This document shows, piece by piece, positions 25,060 to 36,256 of a DNA stretch of 64,000 bases (the stretch's first letter is position 1; each line of letters opens with the position of its first letter). A program made the translations under genes and the position numbers. The DNA is taken from NCBI GenBank assembly GCA_973895155.1, contig OZ316894.1, positions 1,340,953 through 1,404,952 on the forward strand. Reading direction: 5' to 3'. The notes below the pieces were generated by a model. The model made no database searches. It had not been told where the DNA came from and saw only the letters and a program-made list of their open reading frames with translations. This DNA is from Marsupella aquatica (taxonomy: Eukaryota > Plantae > Marchantiophyta).

Positions 25060-25700
25060 GTGCTATTGGTCACAAACAAAAATGATTAGTTAATTATATG
25101 CAAGACGAGCCAAACTTGATTATCTGTGTTGGAGACAAGGCAAACAAAAACAGTTAGACCCCGTTACTCTAAAAACAATGGAACTCTGTAAACAATGGAA
25201 AACTGGAAAATAACACTTCAGATAAACAAAGAAATGGATAAAAGAAGGGTAAAAGAAAATAACCTTAGGATGGCTTGTGATTGATATATCCGTGTTTTTT
25301 GGTAAATTGTTTGAATTTCCTATTTAATTGGCAAATTTTTGAAATAACCAAGAGTAGAAAGAAAATCTTTAGCTTCTGACTATGGTAACATAAGAAACAC
25401 TTTCACTACTATGGCCAGAGGAATAACAAAGGAATGTAAAAAACCTTTTGGTTACTATGGGAATACCAAGAAAACATAAGACATTGGATACTATAACATT
25501 TTGCATGGACTCTATGGAATGTTACATGGGATGTATGATTGGACATAGGAATACTGGAGTAGCAAGCTAGGTAATGTTTGGTCTGTTACCATGAACAATA
25601 TCCTATTTTTGTCCTCTTATCTTCATTGATATTCAAATCTATTCCAACATGTTGAATAATAAAACCAAGGGGTCCTCAAACTAATTTCTTAGTTTTGGTT
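25060..25700 (+). repeat. Dispersed repeat family B (second, split copy at ~60720-61050 and ~61600-62030)
   Basis: Shared blocks AATGATTAGTTA, AAAAACAATGGAA, TAACACTTCA.ATAAACAAA, GATTGATATATC, AAATTTTTGAAATAACCA, GGT.ACTATGG and TGTTGAATAA. Confidence 0.7.
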
Positions 25701-26040
25701 TCCTAGTTTTGGTCTACCAACTTTCACTGTGTAGGAAAGTTCTGTTGTTTGTGCAACTATAATTGATGAAACCTATTATTGTCTAAATAATATGAAGTAG
25801 CTATTATACTCAGAAAAACTTTGGGAAGAGATTTATTTGAACCCCTTTGTATAAATAAAACAGTCCATTGAATAGAGACCTGCTCAAAACCACAACAACC
25901 AAAAACTAAGATAGTTCGCAGCACCTCAATGGAAGCATGGTAGTCTCGTGTGTCTTTGAACCCTTCAAGGTTCTTATGGAAAGGGGTCAAGGAAGCATCG
26001 CAATTCTCCACCATTCACCTGGTGGAAAGAAGGACATCAA

Positions 26041-26336
26041 ACCAACTTGCTTTGGTCAGTTGACCAGGGGATGAGCCTAGAACCAAGGAGATCCCAGGTT
26101 CAATCCCCCCTCCACTCGCAAGAGGTGTGGAGGGTATGTGTGGATGGGATGTCATGGTGGTCTTGGTTTCTCGGTCTGGTCCGATTTGGGGCCCTGGTGT
26201 AACCACTCTCCCACCTGGTCTGGGTCCCTGTCGGATCTCTGGGTATTGTCCCCTTGTGGGTACCCTACATAGAATCAAAGTAACTCTGGAGCAGGAAGTC
26301 TATCCTGTGTAGATTTTCAAGGCAAAAAACATAGAA
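26041..26336 (+). mobile_element. tRNA-derived SINE, copy 1
   Basis: A-box-like TGGTCAGTTGA, B-box GGTTCAATCCC, A-rich tail after TTCAAGGC, TSD AAGGACATCAAA (26030-26041 / 26337-26348). Homologous to 56908-57221. Confidence 0.8.
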
Positions 26337-27449
26337 AAGGACATCAAAAGTTTCTTTCCATACTTCATCAAAGTGCGTGCTATGGATAAACATTCTCAAG
26401 TGCTTCTTATTTTCTAGCATTAAATCTGCTGACTTTGCCAATTAAGCTCTATGAACCGTCTTCACGTTTGTTCAATATAAAACACACCTTAAAATGCTGG
26501 CCTGTAGAGCTCAAAAGTGGCTCTAGCATAATTTTCGGGAGTAGGGGTTCAACTAGGGGTGCTTGCTGGCAATATGAGAACCTTCCCTAAGGTTGTGTTC
26601 CATGGGAGTTTAGCACTCGGTTTAGCAGCTTGTCCACACAAAGTTCTTGGACCCAATTCAAGTTGAGAAGTTAATAACCACAATGCTTGGGATGACTTGG
26701 AGGCTCTACTCCATGTAGTCCACGGCTCAAACTCATCAACTCTTGGCTCCAAAAATGAAATTTCCACTGTTTCTCTTGTTGATTTCTTCTGAATTGTGGG
26801 TGGCCGCATGCATCTAATGCACTAGATGTATACACTGAAAGTATACACTGAAAGTATACACTGAATGTATATTCTATTTCAGTGTATAGAAAATGCTCTA
26901 TTTCAGTGTATACAAAATTTATGAGGAGAATATAAGTTTGGAACTATTTGATGGAAAAAATAAATTTTATATTTTTGCGCAGGTCCTGGGCTAACCGGGA
27001 TAGCATAACGGTATACACAGCTTTTTACTACCCTGTCCCCCAAACTACCCAATATTATTTACATGCCCCCCACACAAAATTAATTATCAACCTGTCCCCC
27101 ATTTGTGCTCAGGTCAGTATTAACTCGAATATGAGTTGTCAGTATGGCTAGCCTTAACCCGCCGCTACCCCCTCGGCCACCCTTCCCCGCTGTGTTTTCC
27201 TGTGTAAAAACGAGGGCTGAAACTGTTGGGGTTTTGTGAGGGGAGTGTGAACAAAAAATGGCATATTTTCGTAAGGTGGGTCATAAAAGAGGGCGAAATG
27301 GAATACTACCTGAAGGGTTAGGTAATTCGGTTCCATGAAGGATTGCCCACCACCAGCCATAGGACCAAACTAAGGGTGACTGCAGGCGCCGGAAATTTCG
27401 CTGTCCCTCCCCCTCAACTGCCGGCCGCCCGCCGTCGGACGGCGAGCTT

Positions 27450-27760
27450 AACCAATAATCAGTTAATTAATTAAACCCATTGAAACCGGAGTCATACGCA
27501 AAATGTGTTGTCCCGATCGATCTCATTGGCTGCCCGATCACAACGACGCGTCCCATTGGCTGTCATGCGTCGAATTACGTGCAGCTATTACGAAAATACG
27601 CTAATCATGTTTACGACTTAAACAAAGATTGGTGGCACTGGACTGAGCTCCGAAAACAGGAGTCTGTTGCTGATTTGACAATCGTCATCTCCTCCACTCC
27701 AATGCACTGTAATAAGTTCGAGACCATGTTATGCTTTGAGGTCGTTGGGCATTGGAGCTA
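27450..27760 (+). promoter_or_regulatory. Calnexin promoter with clustered CCAAT/ATTGG boxes
   Basis: CCAAT at ~27452 and ~27699; ATTGG at ~27526, 27555, 27628 and 27752. NF-Y boxes are typical of ER-chaperone promoters; no exact ERSE seen. Confidence 0.35.
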
Positions 27761-28053
27761 CAGCAGCTGCGAGGTCTCGTTTTGGCAGCAGCACGTTTCA
27801 CGTTGATTTCTTCAACCATCATCACACACCTCGAGCGCACCCTGGGGCCTGGAAGCTTCTTCTTGTGGAATGAAACGCAGCGCACGCATTGCCTCCAGCA
27901 TTTCGTGTGAGAGCATTTAAGACTCCTCGTCCGAGACAGTTTTTCTGTTGGGTGCAGAGGTGGTGGAAGTGAGATCCAGAGAGAGAGAGAGTCTTCACAA
28001 TTCTTTGTTTGGTTTGTAGATCTGGTTCTCTTGTGCTGGTGGAGGAGGTGGCG

Positions 28054-29601
28054 ATGGCGAGGGTCTGGTTGGTGGCCGGCCTGCTTGGGTTCCTGACTGT
28101 GGCCAGTTTGAGTTCCGGTCTTGTTGGAGCTGATGTTGCCGATGCTGATGCCGATGAGTATTCCGAGACTACCGTGTTTTATGAGTCTTTTGACACCCCG
28201 TGGGAAGGCCGGTGGGTCGTTTCGGAGAGCAGTGACTACAAGGGAACGTGGAAGTACGAGAAGAGTGAGGGTCATGAGGAAGAGTATGGGTTGTTGGCGA
28301 GTGAGCAGGCCAAGAAGTATGGAATAGCGGTGGATCTCCCTGAGACCGTGGAGTTTGCCGAGAAACCAGTGGTGTTGCAGTACGATCTGCGTCTGTACAA
28401 TGGACTGGAATGCGGAGGAGCTTACTTGAAGTTCCTGCTGCCCCAAGAAGCGGGATGGACTCCCAGTCAATTCGACAATGCGGCTCCTTACTCGATCATG
28501 TTTGGGCCTGACAAGTGTGGGAGTACCAACAAGGTGCATTTCATCTTCCGTCACAAGAGCCCCAAGACAGGCGAGTATCTGGAGCATCATCTCAAGTCTC
28601 CCCCATTCCCTGAGGGTGACAAGGCTTCTCATGTGTACACCGCTGTGATCTACCCGAACAACACTGTCAAGCTGTTGATTGACGGAGAGGAGAAGAAGAC
28701 GGCCGATTTACTCTCTGATGACTTCGAGCCTCCTGTGGTTCCCGCGAAGACCATTCCGGATCCGGAGGATAAGAAGCCAGAGGATTGGGATGAAAGAGCC
28801 AAAATCCCTGATCCTGAAGCAGTGAAGCCTGAGGACTGGGATGAGGAGGCGCCGAAAGAGATTGAGGATGCAGAGGCTGTGAAGCCTGAGGGGTGGTTGG
28901 ATGATGAGCCTGATGAGATTGACGATCCGGAGGCAGAGAAGCCGGAGGATTGGGATGAGGAAGAGGACGGTGAATGGGAAGCGCCGAAGGTACCGAACCC
29001 CACCTGTGAGGAAGTGGGGTGTGGAGAGTGGGTTCGCCCGACGAAGAAGAACCCTGCCTACAAAGGCAAGTGGTATGCGCCCATGATCGAGAACCCAGCT
29101 TACCGCGGGATCTGGAAACCGAGAGACATCGAAAACCCTGACTGGTTTGAGCTGGAGAAGCTGAATCTTGAGCCCATTGCTGCGATTGGTATTGAGATCT
29201 GGACTATGCAGGACGGCCTTTTGTTTGACAACGTCCTCATCACTTACGATGAAGCTGAGGCAGAGGCATACAGAGAGACTACGTGGAGACCCAAGTGGGA
29301 TGTAGAGAAGGTGTTGAAAAGAGAAGAAGACGAAGAGACTACCAAAGAGGCGGAAGAAGTTGCACCTTCGACATTCAACAAAAAGGTTTTTGAATTGTTG
29401 TATAAAATTCCTGAACTTCCATTTTTGGCTGCTTACAAGGAAAAAATCACTGAATTGCTGGAGAAGGCTGAGGAGAATGAGACCCTGACTGTTGCTGGTA
29501 TCTTCGGAACAGTAGGCATCTTCCTCGCCCTTTTCTACAGGAGTATTTTTGGTCGAAAGAAGACCGTAGTCCCTGTACCTGAGTCTAAGAAGGATGACTA
29601 A
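28054..29601 (+). CDS. CNX: Calnexin (ER lectin chaperone), coding region intronless, 515 aa
   Basis: Signal peptide, GLECGGAYLK, YSIMFGPDKCG, P-domain repeats (IPDPE.KKPEDWDE, GEW..P.), IGIEIWTM, C-terminal TM helix and terminal KKDD. Confidence 0.97.
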   Translation: MARVWLVAGLLGFLTVASLSSGLVGADVADADADEYSETTVFYESFDTPWEGRWVVSESSDYKGTWKYEKSEGHEEEYGLLASEQAKKYGIAVDLPETVEFAEKPVVLQYDLRLYNGLECGGAYLKFLLPQEAGWTPSQFDNAAPYSIMFGPDKCGSTNKVHFIFRHKSPKTGEYLEHHLKSPPFPEGDKASHVYTAVIYPNNTVKLLIDGEEKKTADLLSDDFEPPVVPAKTIPDPEDKKPEDWDERAKIPDPEAVKPEDWDEEAPKEIEDAEAVKPEGWLDDEPDEIDDPEAEKPEDWDEEEDGEWEAPKVPNPTCEEVGCGEWVRPTKKNPAYKGKWYAPMIENPAYRGIWKPRDIENPDWFELEKLNLEPIAAIGIEIWTMQDGLLFDNVLITYDEAEAEAYRETTWRPKWDVEKVLKREEDEETTKEAEEVAPSTFNKKVFELLYKIPELPFLAAYKEKITELLEKAEENETLTVAGIFGTVGIFLALFYRSIFGRKKTVVPVPESKKDD

Positions 29602-30630
29602 GGAATTAAGGTAGAAGTGGAACTCGATGCATCTCGACGGCGGCGTTGTGGAGCAACTGAGGTTTTCAGCAAGTGCAGAGTTCGTAACAGATAATTCTGT
29701 ACGTTCTTTGTATGTGAGGATCTCAAGTTGTCGATTAGCGTCTTTGCTAAACGTAGATTGACAGCTGATGCAGAGTGAGGCAGGTAGAACTATGAGCTCT
29801 CGTCCCGTACCGTTCTGGATCTTCACCAGGTCGGAAGTTTTGCTAGGAAATTGATTTGCTTGAAGGAGAGGTTCTTGTTGGATGATTATCTTTGAACGGA
29901 AAAGACCGTTCTGAAGTAGCTCCAAATTAGGTGATTTCAGCACAGATTGGCTTACTAAGGCTTAGTTGATTCATGTACGCTGAATACATATCTCTAGATG
30001 GCAGACGTCGGTAGTCGCGATTTGGCTACTATACTTGGCTGTAATTCCCTTAAACGGAGAAAGCCTGTAGAAAACCAGAGGTTTGATTGGAAGCATTGGA
30101 TTGGAACTCAATTTTATGCATTGGACAGAAGAAAATTCCATTGTTGCCTGGTTGATTGTTTTAAACAAGATTATTCTCTTAAATTGTGTGCCAGTTCGCA
30201 CAGCGTTCTTCAGTGGAGAAAGCCCTCATCTCTCTTAGGTAAACACCATCTCGGACCTGTCTTCGACGTTGATTTGGGACACGAGTGAACAACGAGAGCA
30301 GCCGTTCTTAAATCAGAATCCATTGCTCACATTACTATCTACTTCTATTGCAAAGGCTTGATACCCGAAAGAAGCGTATGTATTCCTAACTTGTCAAAGT
30401 AGTTTCCCCGAATTTGGAGATCTGATCTCTCCAATATGACCCCCCAATCATGGTGCGAAGTGTTCAAGTTTACGTGAAACGGGTGCAAAGTGTTGTTAGT
30501 CAGTTGCATGATGCGAAGGCAGGTCGGAAACCTAAGTGACTCCTTTTTTGAATGTAGATAGTACCACTTGCTGAAATAGATTCTTGCGTTGAACATTTGA
30601 CGAAAGACTACTGTGATCACACTCAAACAA

Positions 30631-30874
30631 CACCAGGCTTGGGACCAAAGAGTGTTGTGACCACAAGAGGACTGAACAAAACTTCCTTGCCAAAGCCCTG
30701 CAAATGGGCCTTACACCGAACCTTCAGCAGTTCATTACACCACAACAGTTTGCACCAGGCTTGGGACCAAAGAGTGTTGTGACCACAAGAGGACTGAACA
30801 AAACTTCCTTGCCAAAGCCCTGCAAATGGGCCTTACACCGAACCTTCAGCAGTTCATTACACCACAACAGTTTG
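30631..30874 (+). repeat. Perfect 122-bp tandem duplication at the 5' truncation point of the LINE
   Basis: CACCAGGCTTGGGACC...CACAACAGTTTG at 30631-30752 and 30753-30874. Confidence 0.92.
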
Positions 30875-32960
30875 CCTTTCTCCCCGGAAGGAATATACAT
30901 CACTCCCTTATGCTTCTCAATGAATCGGTACATCAAGCGGCATCCACTGGTCTGGATTACATTTTCATGAAGCTGGACGTATCTAAGGCTTTTGATAAGC
31001 TGGAATGGAGTTTTCTATTATTGATCCTGCAGAAGGCGGGCTTCGGGGGGCAGCTCACGCAATTTCTGTTAGCAATTTCTCCAGCCTCGTCGTCGATTCT
31101 GCTCAACGGGAAGATGGCAACCCCTTTCAGTCTTGCATGCTCAGTCAGGCAGGGTTGTCCTTATTACCGCTTCTATTCTTGATTGCCATTGATGCCCTCA
31201 TGGGTATGATTCGATGGGAAGCTGAATGGGGATCCATCCAGGGAGTGTATTTCCCATCAGTCGATGTCCACTACATTCACAACCTCTTTGCTGATGATCT
31301 GACTATGCTCATCCGTGCAGTAATGGAATACAGTGATGCCTGTGGAGGTCTGTTGGAGTTGTTTGGCAGGGCTTCTGGTCTGATTTGCATCTGGGAGAAA
31401 ACAAAAGCAGCATTCATCTCTCCTAGATCCGATTGTCCGACGGTTGCCCTGGCAATGGGAGGACGCCTCAACTGCCACCAAACTGTTGGGGATTCCCTTT
31501 GCCCAAGGCATTTCAGAACGATGATCCTGACTCTCTCAGAGAAAGTGGAATCGAGGCTGGACAAGATCAAAGGGAGGTCCGGTTCTCTCATTACTCCGGT
31601 CACAGTGGTCAATCACTTAGTTTTGAGCACGCTGTGGTACATGCTCATTGTTTGGGCAGGCCAACAGAGCACACTAGATGCGCTACAAAAGAAAATCACG
31701 GCCTTCATCTGGGCTGGCCAAAACATTCAAGCTCGTCCTATGGTCAATTTCGCCACTATCACCCGGCCCAAACGCTTTGGCGGCCTTGGCTTAATTTCGC
31801 TGGCTGCCCAGTTTTGGGCTCTCACAGGGAACTTTATTCTATGGGCAATGGCGGAGGGAGACCATCCCCTCAGACGGAGTTTGCAGCATAAGATCAAACT
31901 GTTGTCTCTCCAAAAATGGGGATCCGAAGACTTCTCATGGGCTGTATCACGATGTCACACTCTCCTGAGGGATGGCTCGCAGATCTGGAGGAATGTGTGC
32001 ATTGGTTAGAATGTTATCAAACAACACCTTCGACCTATTGCACCTGCTCATCGGGAGGAGTGGCTGGACCTTCCACTTTGGCATCCACATTTGAACCACG
32101 TGAGCTCCAGCCAAGCTAAATGTTCCCGAAACCCTCAAAGACGTATCAAGAGAGCTGGATTAGTGCGAATGCAGGATGTCCTGACTCCTGAAGGGAATTT
32201 CATCCAGTGGGAGGATGGTCCTAATCTACTCCTCCCCGGGAATTGTGCAACCGCTTACAGAAGATTGATAGCCAATCTAATTGGTGTCCCTGCATTCCAT
32301 GGCAACCCCCGACAGAGGATTCCAGTCTTCATGGGGGCCAGACTCCACAACAGGGACCTTGTCATTTGGGAATACAAGCTTCAACGCAACCACATCACCT
32401 TAGACTGGCAGCGCTTCCATGAGGCATCGACACCTCTGAAGACATTCAGGGTCATCAATGGGACTCTTCACAAGATGGAGACTCTGACTCCCCCTACCGA
32501 TACCTTGCTACATCGAGTGATGGTTCGCTCACACAAGGGGGCTCCCCTCAACGTATTGGTAGACCAGTTGACCTCTTTCAAGTTCTATTGCAGTACGAAT
32601 GGAAGGACGGAACTCAATTCCTGGAGACCAACACTGCTCACTTGAGAGAGATTCAAGGTCCATTGCAAACAACAACACACACAACGGTCCGGAAGTGGGC
32701 TGAGAGATTAAATTGGCGCCATTCCGTGCAGCGGCAGAGAACTATTTCCTCTGGCAGCTTACATATCAGATTCCAACTACTGGGCACTGGAGGATGCCAT
32801 CTCTACCACACACGGACCCATTAACCTGGTGTACACGATGCGACCTTAACCAGCAGGAAGATATTGTGCACTGTATCTAGAGTTGCCCCATTTCTTCATC
32901 TGTTTGGCAATGGGTACAATTCATCCTACGCTACACCTCTCCCAAATAACAGACAATTTT
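30680..32960 (+). mobile_element. 5'-truncated, frameshifted L1-type LINE ORF2 (RT plus C-terminal zinc finger)
   Basis: QQFAFLPGRNI, KLDVSKAFDKLEW, SVRQGCP, LFADD, GGLGL and C-terminal WCTRC...EDIVHC..SCP...VW; several frameshifts and stops. Confidence 0.9.
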
Positions 32961-33293
32961 GATATTTAGACAATGTTTGTACGTCTTGAGGGTGAGGAGT
33001 CTAGGTCCAGTAAGGGCCCTTCCTTTGCATATGCACCGGTATTTGGGCTGATAATTACTAGTAGGGGTGATACACATGCAGTGCGTGTGAGGTGAAGCCC
33101 TTTCAGGAAGGCAGGAGAGTTAAGCCCTTGTGGAAGTGCATTACCATATGTAGGACCATAAGCCCTGCCAACTAAGTTATCCTCCCCAGCGCAAGCTTCC
33201 GTGGGAACTAAACATAGTTGGCTGTTGTTTCGGCAGGATAGGCAAGCGGGCCACATAGCTGGGAACATAGCCCATGCAAACCATGAGGACCAA

Positions 33294-33812
33294 TGACACT
33301 GAGACCTAGTTAAGATCAAGAGAAGGTAGTCCTCCTTGAGAGCTTGTCAATGCACCCAAGAAGTTGTCCCAATGGACTTCCCGTTCGAAGAGATATTGCC
33401 ATTTCCATTTTATGACTCCCAATAGTAGCTTGACCGCCACCCTCCACACCTTGGGCCTTGCCCATTAATTGTTGAGCAAAGACGACATCCATAACAGCAA
33501 GCCCATGAATATATAATGTACAAGTAGTCAATACAAAGAGATACATGATTCGCCTCAGTTGAGGCTACATCCACGGGAACACAAGAGAGCTTTATCGCGC
33601 TCTAGGCCGATCAGCCATATATCATGAGTCTTCGCAATACAAGATCTTCCTATCTCTCAATTAGTTCCATAACAATGAGCTTGAGTCCCTCATATCCAAG
33701 CAAACACCCTTTGAGACAATATATTGTGCAACACGGTCAACTAAGCAAGTTTGCAACTAAGGTTAACCCTAACTACGGTTATAGTCGTAACCCTAGACCT
33801 AAGAGTCTAACA
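33294..33812 (-). mobile_element. LTR-like repeat copy A (TG...CA on minus strand)
   Basis: Begins TGTTAGA (33812) and ends TGTCA (33294); preceded by TTGGGGGCTA (PPT-like) and followed by TTGGTCC (PBS-like). Reverse-complement similarity to 33913-34320. Confidence 0.5.
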
Positions 33813-33912
33813 CCATTAGCCCCCAAGAGACACCACTCTCCTCATATATGTTTCTAGTGACCTGCCACCCCGATCAACTTTGTCCCCTAGTTTTGGCCTT
33901 CTACCTAGACTC

Positions 33913-34320
33913 TGTTAGATATTGCTCTAGTCTTGTGACTCATGAGCTAACCACAGTTAGGCTAACTCGGGTTAGGACTTAGTTAGCTAATGTTAGCGGT
34001 AGTGCTGTTGTGTATATAGCCAGGGCTGGTGCTAGACCCTGGTGGAACTTAGGCTCATTGTTACGGAGCTAATTGAGAGATAGGGAGAGCTTGTGCTGTG
34101 GATGCTTGGTATGGCCGTTCGGCCTAGAGTGCAGTAAAGCTCTTGTGTGTTCCCGTGGACGTAGCCTCATGTGGAGGTGAACCACGTATTTCTCTATCAA
34201 TGTCGACTCTTGTGCGTTGGATGGTTCATGGGCTTGCCGTTGCGAATGTCGTCTATGCTCAACAGACTCAAACTTGATCGACTGGACACAAAACTAACTT
34301 ACTAGGCTCATATTAATAAC
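33913..34320 (+). mobile_element. LTR-like repeat copy B, head-to-head with copy A
   Basis: Starts TGTTAGA; GGCTCATTGTTA, GGCCTAGAG and TGTGTTCCCGTGGA.GTAGCCTCA match copy A in the opposite orientation. Confidence 0.55.
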
Positions 34321-34944
34321 TTTCTAATTAGATGTCCGTAGTGATTGGGCAGACCCGGTGCTCATGATTGGGTGCTCGGAACTCATTGTCCATCAGGAGT
34401 CCCAGACAACTCCACTCGAGTCTTGTGTGCCAATCGTCCGTTCCGCATGAACTAAACCTCTATGGCCTTGGGCCCAAGAGGAACTCTCACTCAAGCCCTC
34501 AAAACTCAGAGTCCACTCCAAGTCCAGCCCATCCCACGGCTCCACCAGTTCCATGCGCTAGTTGGTCCCTTGTGCTCTAGCTCAACATGTTTTGTGCTAG
34601 AGCAATGCCCTTGCTCTCAAGTCTCCTCATGTGTAGTCCCCTTTTGGATGGTCATCCTGCACTTGCACCATAGAGGAGCTCAGCATTGAAGTTAGCGATA
34701 CCAGAGCTAAGTGGTAGTGTAGTCAAGTTCCGCAACTTTCTTCCTCCTGGAAGGGCATCCACATCCTTGCCTGGGATCCTTGCTACTTGCTGGCCAAAAC
34801 AAGAGTTACAAAATAAAGTTTTTGATATCCCAAAAAGACTCTTGTTAAAGAACTTTACCAAAATGTAAATTTTGGGCTAATTAAGTCAAACTCCAGTGTG
34901 GGAGGGCTGCACATGAAGGGGAAACTAACCCCTGGCTTTGGTAC

Positions 34945-35230
34945 TTACTCTTAGGTCTAGAATTGTTATGTAATTGTATTTAGTCTAATCCTAGTCAAGT
35001 GCTTGATTAAGGTTAGATGTGCTACTACCATATTCACTTGTTAAGTTTAGTTAATAAGTGAAACCTAGGCTCATTGTTACAAAGCCAGTTGAAAGATAGG
35101 GAGAGTTTAGTCTCTAGAGACTCCATTTGTCAGTAAGCTTAGAGTTCAATAAAACTCTCTTATATATTCTTGTAGATGTATGTAGCCTCTGGTGAGATGA
35201 AACCACATGTCTCCTATGTTGACTCTTGCT
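34945..35230 (+). mobile_element. LTR-like repeat copy C (degenerate)
   Basis: ACTCTTAGGTCTAG, AGGCTCATTGTTAC, GATAGGGAGAG and GTAGCCTC shared with copies A and B. Confidence 0.45.
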
Positions 35231-36256
35231 TTCTTGTCAGATGCCACACATGCGCATTACGTATATAATTAATGGTCCTTTTACTCAACAAGAACCACAC
35301 TCTCCTTCATTAATTAAAACAAGAAGAAGGGCCATGAAACCAAGAATATTATACGAGACAATGGAGCCCACAACAAGTACAAATGCAAAGACAAAGCCTT
35401 GTGTAAGATGGTGTAGGGAAATGCACTCTCATCATGAACAATTTTTGAGAGTATCCTCTGTATTTTCATTGAAGGTGCTCGACCATAACCTAGGGGATTT
35501 CGCAATTTACATCATTGTGGTTGACTGATGTGGATAAGGGCAGTGGCTTCTCACAAGCATAATTATTTTTCCATATTCACTTGTCCATAAATTCATCTCT
35601 CCTTGGAGGGTTGGGGGTTTGCCTGTAACTTTTTTAGAGGGGATGGTTACCCTACATCAAATCCCAAAACAAATTGACAGATGCCACATTGTGTGAAAAG
35701 GGCAGGGAACTGCACCTCCAAATCCCCCCAAAAAATACAAAGGAAAAAATACCGGGAAAAAGACACAAGACACAAGTCACAAGGACTTAGGCAAGCAAAA
35801 AATTACACTGATTCAACATGAATTGCAACGATCGAGATTTCGTTTTCTCGACAATGAGGATTACAGTTGGCGCAAAATGTTCACCAGACTACTACAGACC
35901 AACAGCCCTCTATTTCTGTCTGCAAGAAATCTTCATGCACACGTCTACTGCATTTGACAATCTGGCTATGGCTCAACCGCTGTAAACTAACCCTACTACA
36001 AAGCCAGTTGTTTGCCAATAGTGGCATGCAATTTGATTTCAATCATCCGTTCTTCTCAATGAAATCCGTTCTTTTGATTCACAAAGACCCATAAAGAGTT
36101 GGAGGGATTGTTGTTGGAAGGTTACGGTATAGTGCTCCTGGATTTGTTTCCATGATCGCAGGTTGTAGGGCAGAGTGCCGGTTGGAGCTGTAGCAATTGA
36201 GGAGGATGTCTCTGTGTAACGTTTTCTGGGAGTAGCTGGGAAGCTCTCGTGAGAGC

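Noticed and set aside
26982-27366. Possible MITE bounded by GGTCCTGGGCT / AGCCATAGGACC
   Set aside because: Inverted match is short and imperfect, with no clear TSD or second copy.
27685-29943. Long minus-strand ORFs (315 aa and 411 aa)
   Set aside because: Antisense shadows of the calnexin CDS with no recognisable motifs.
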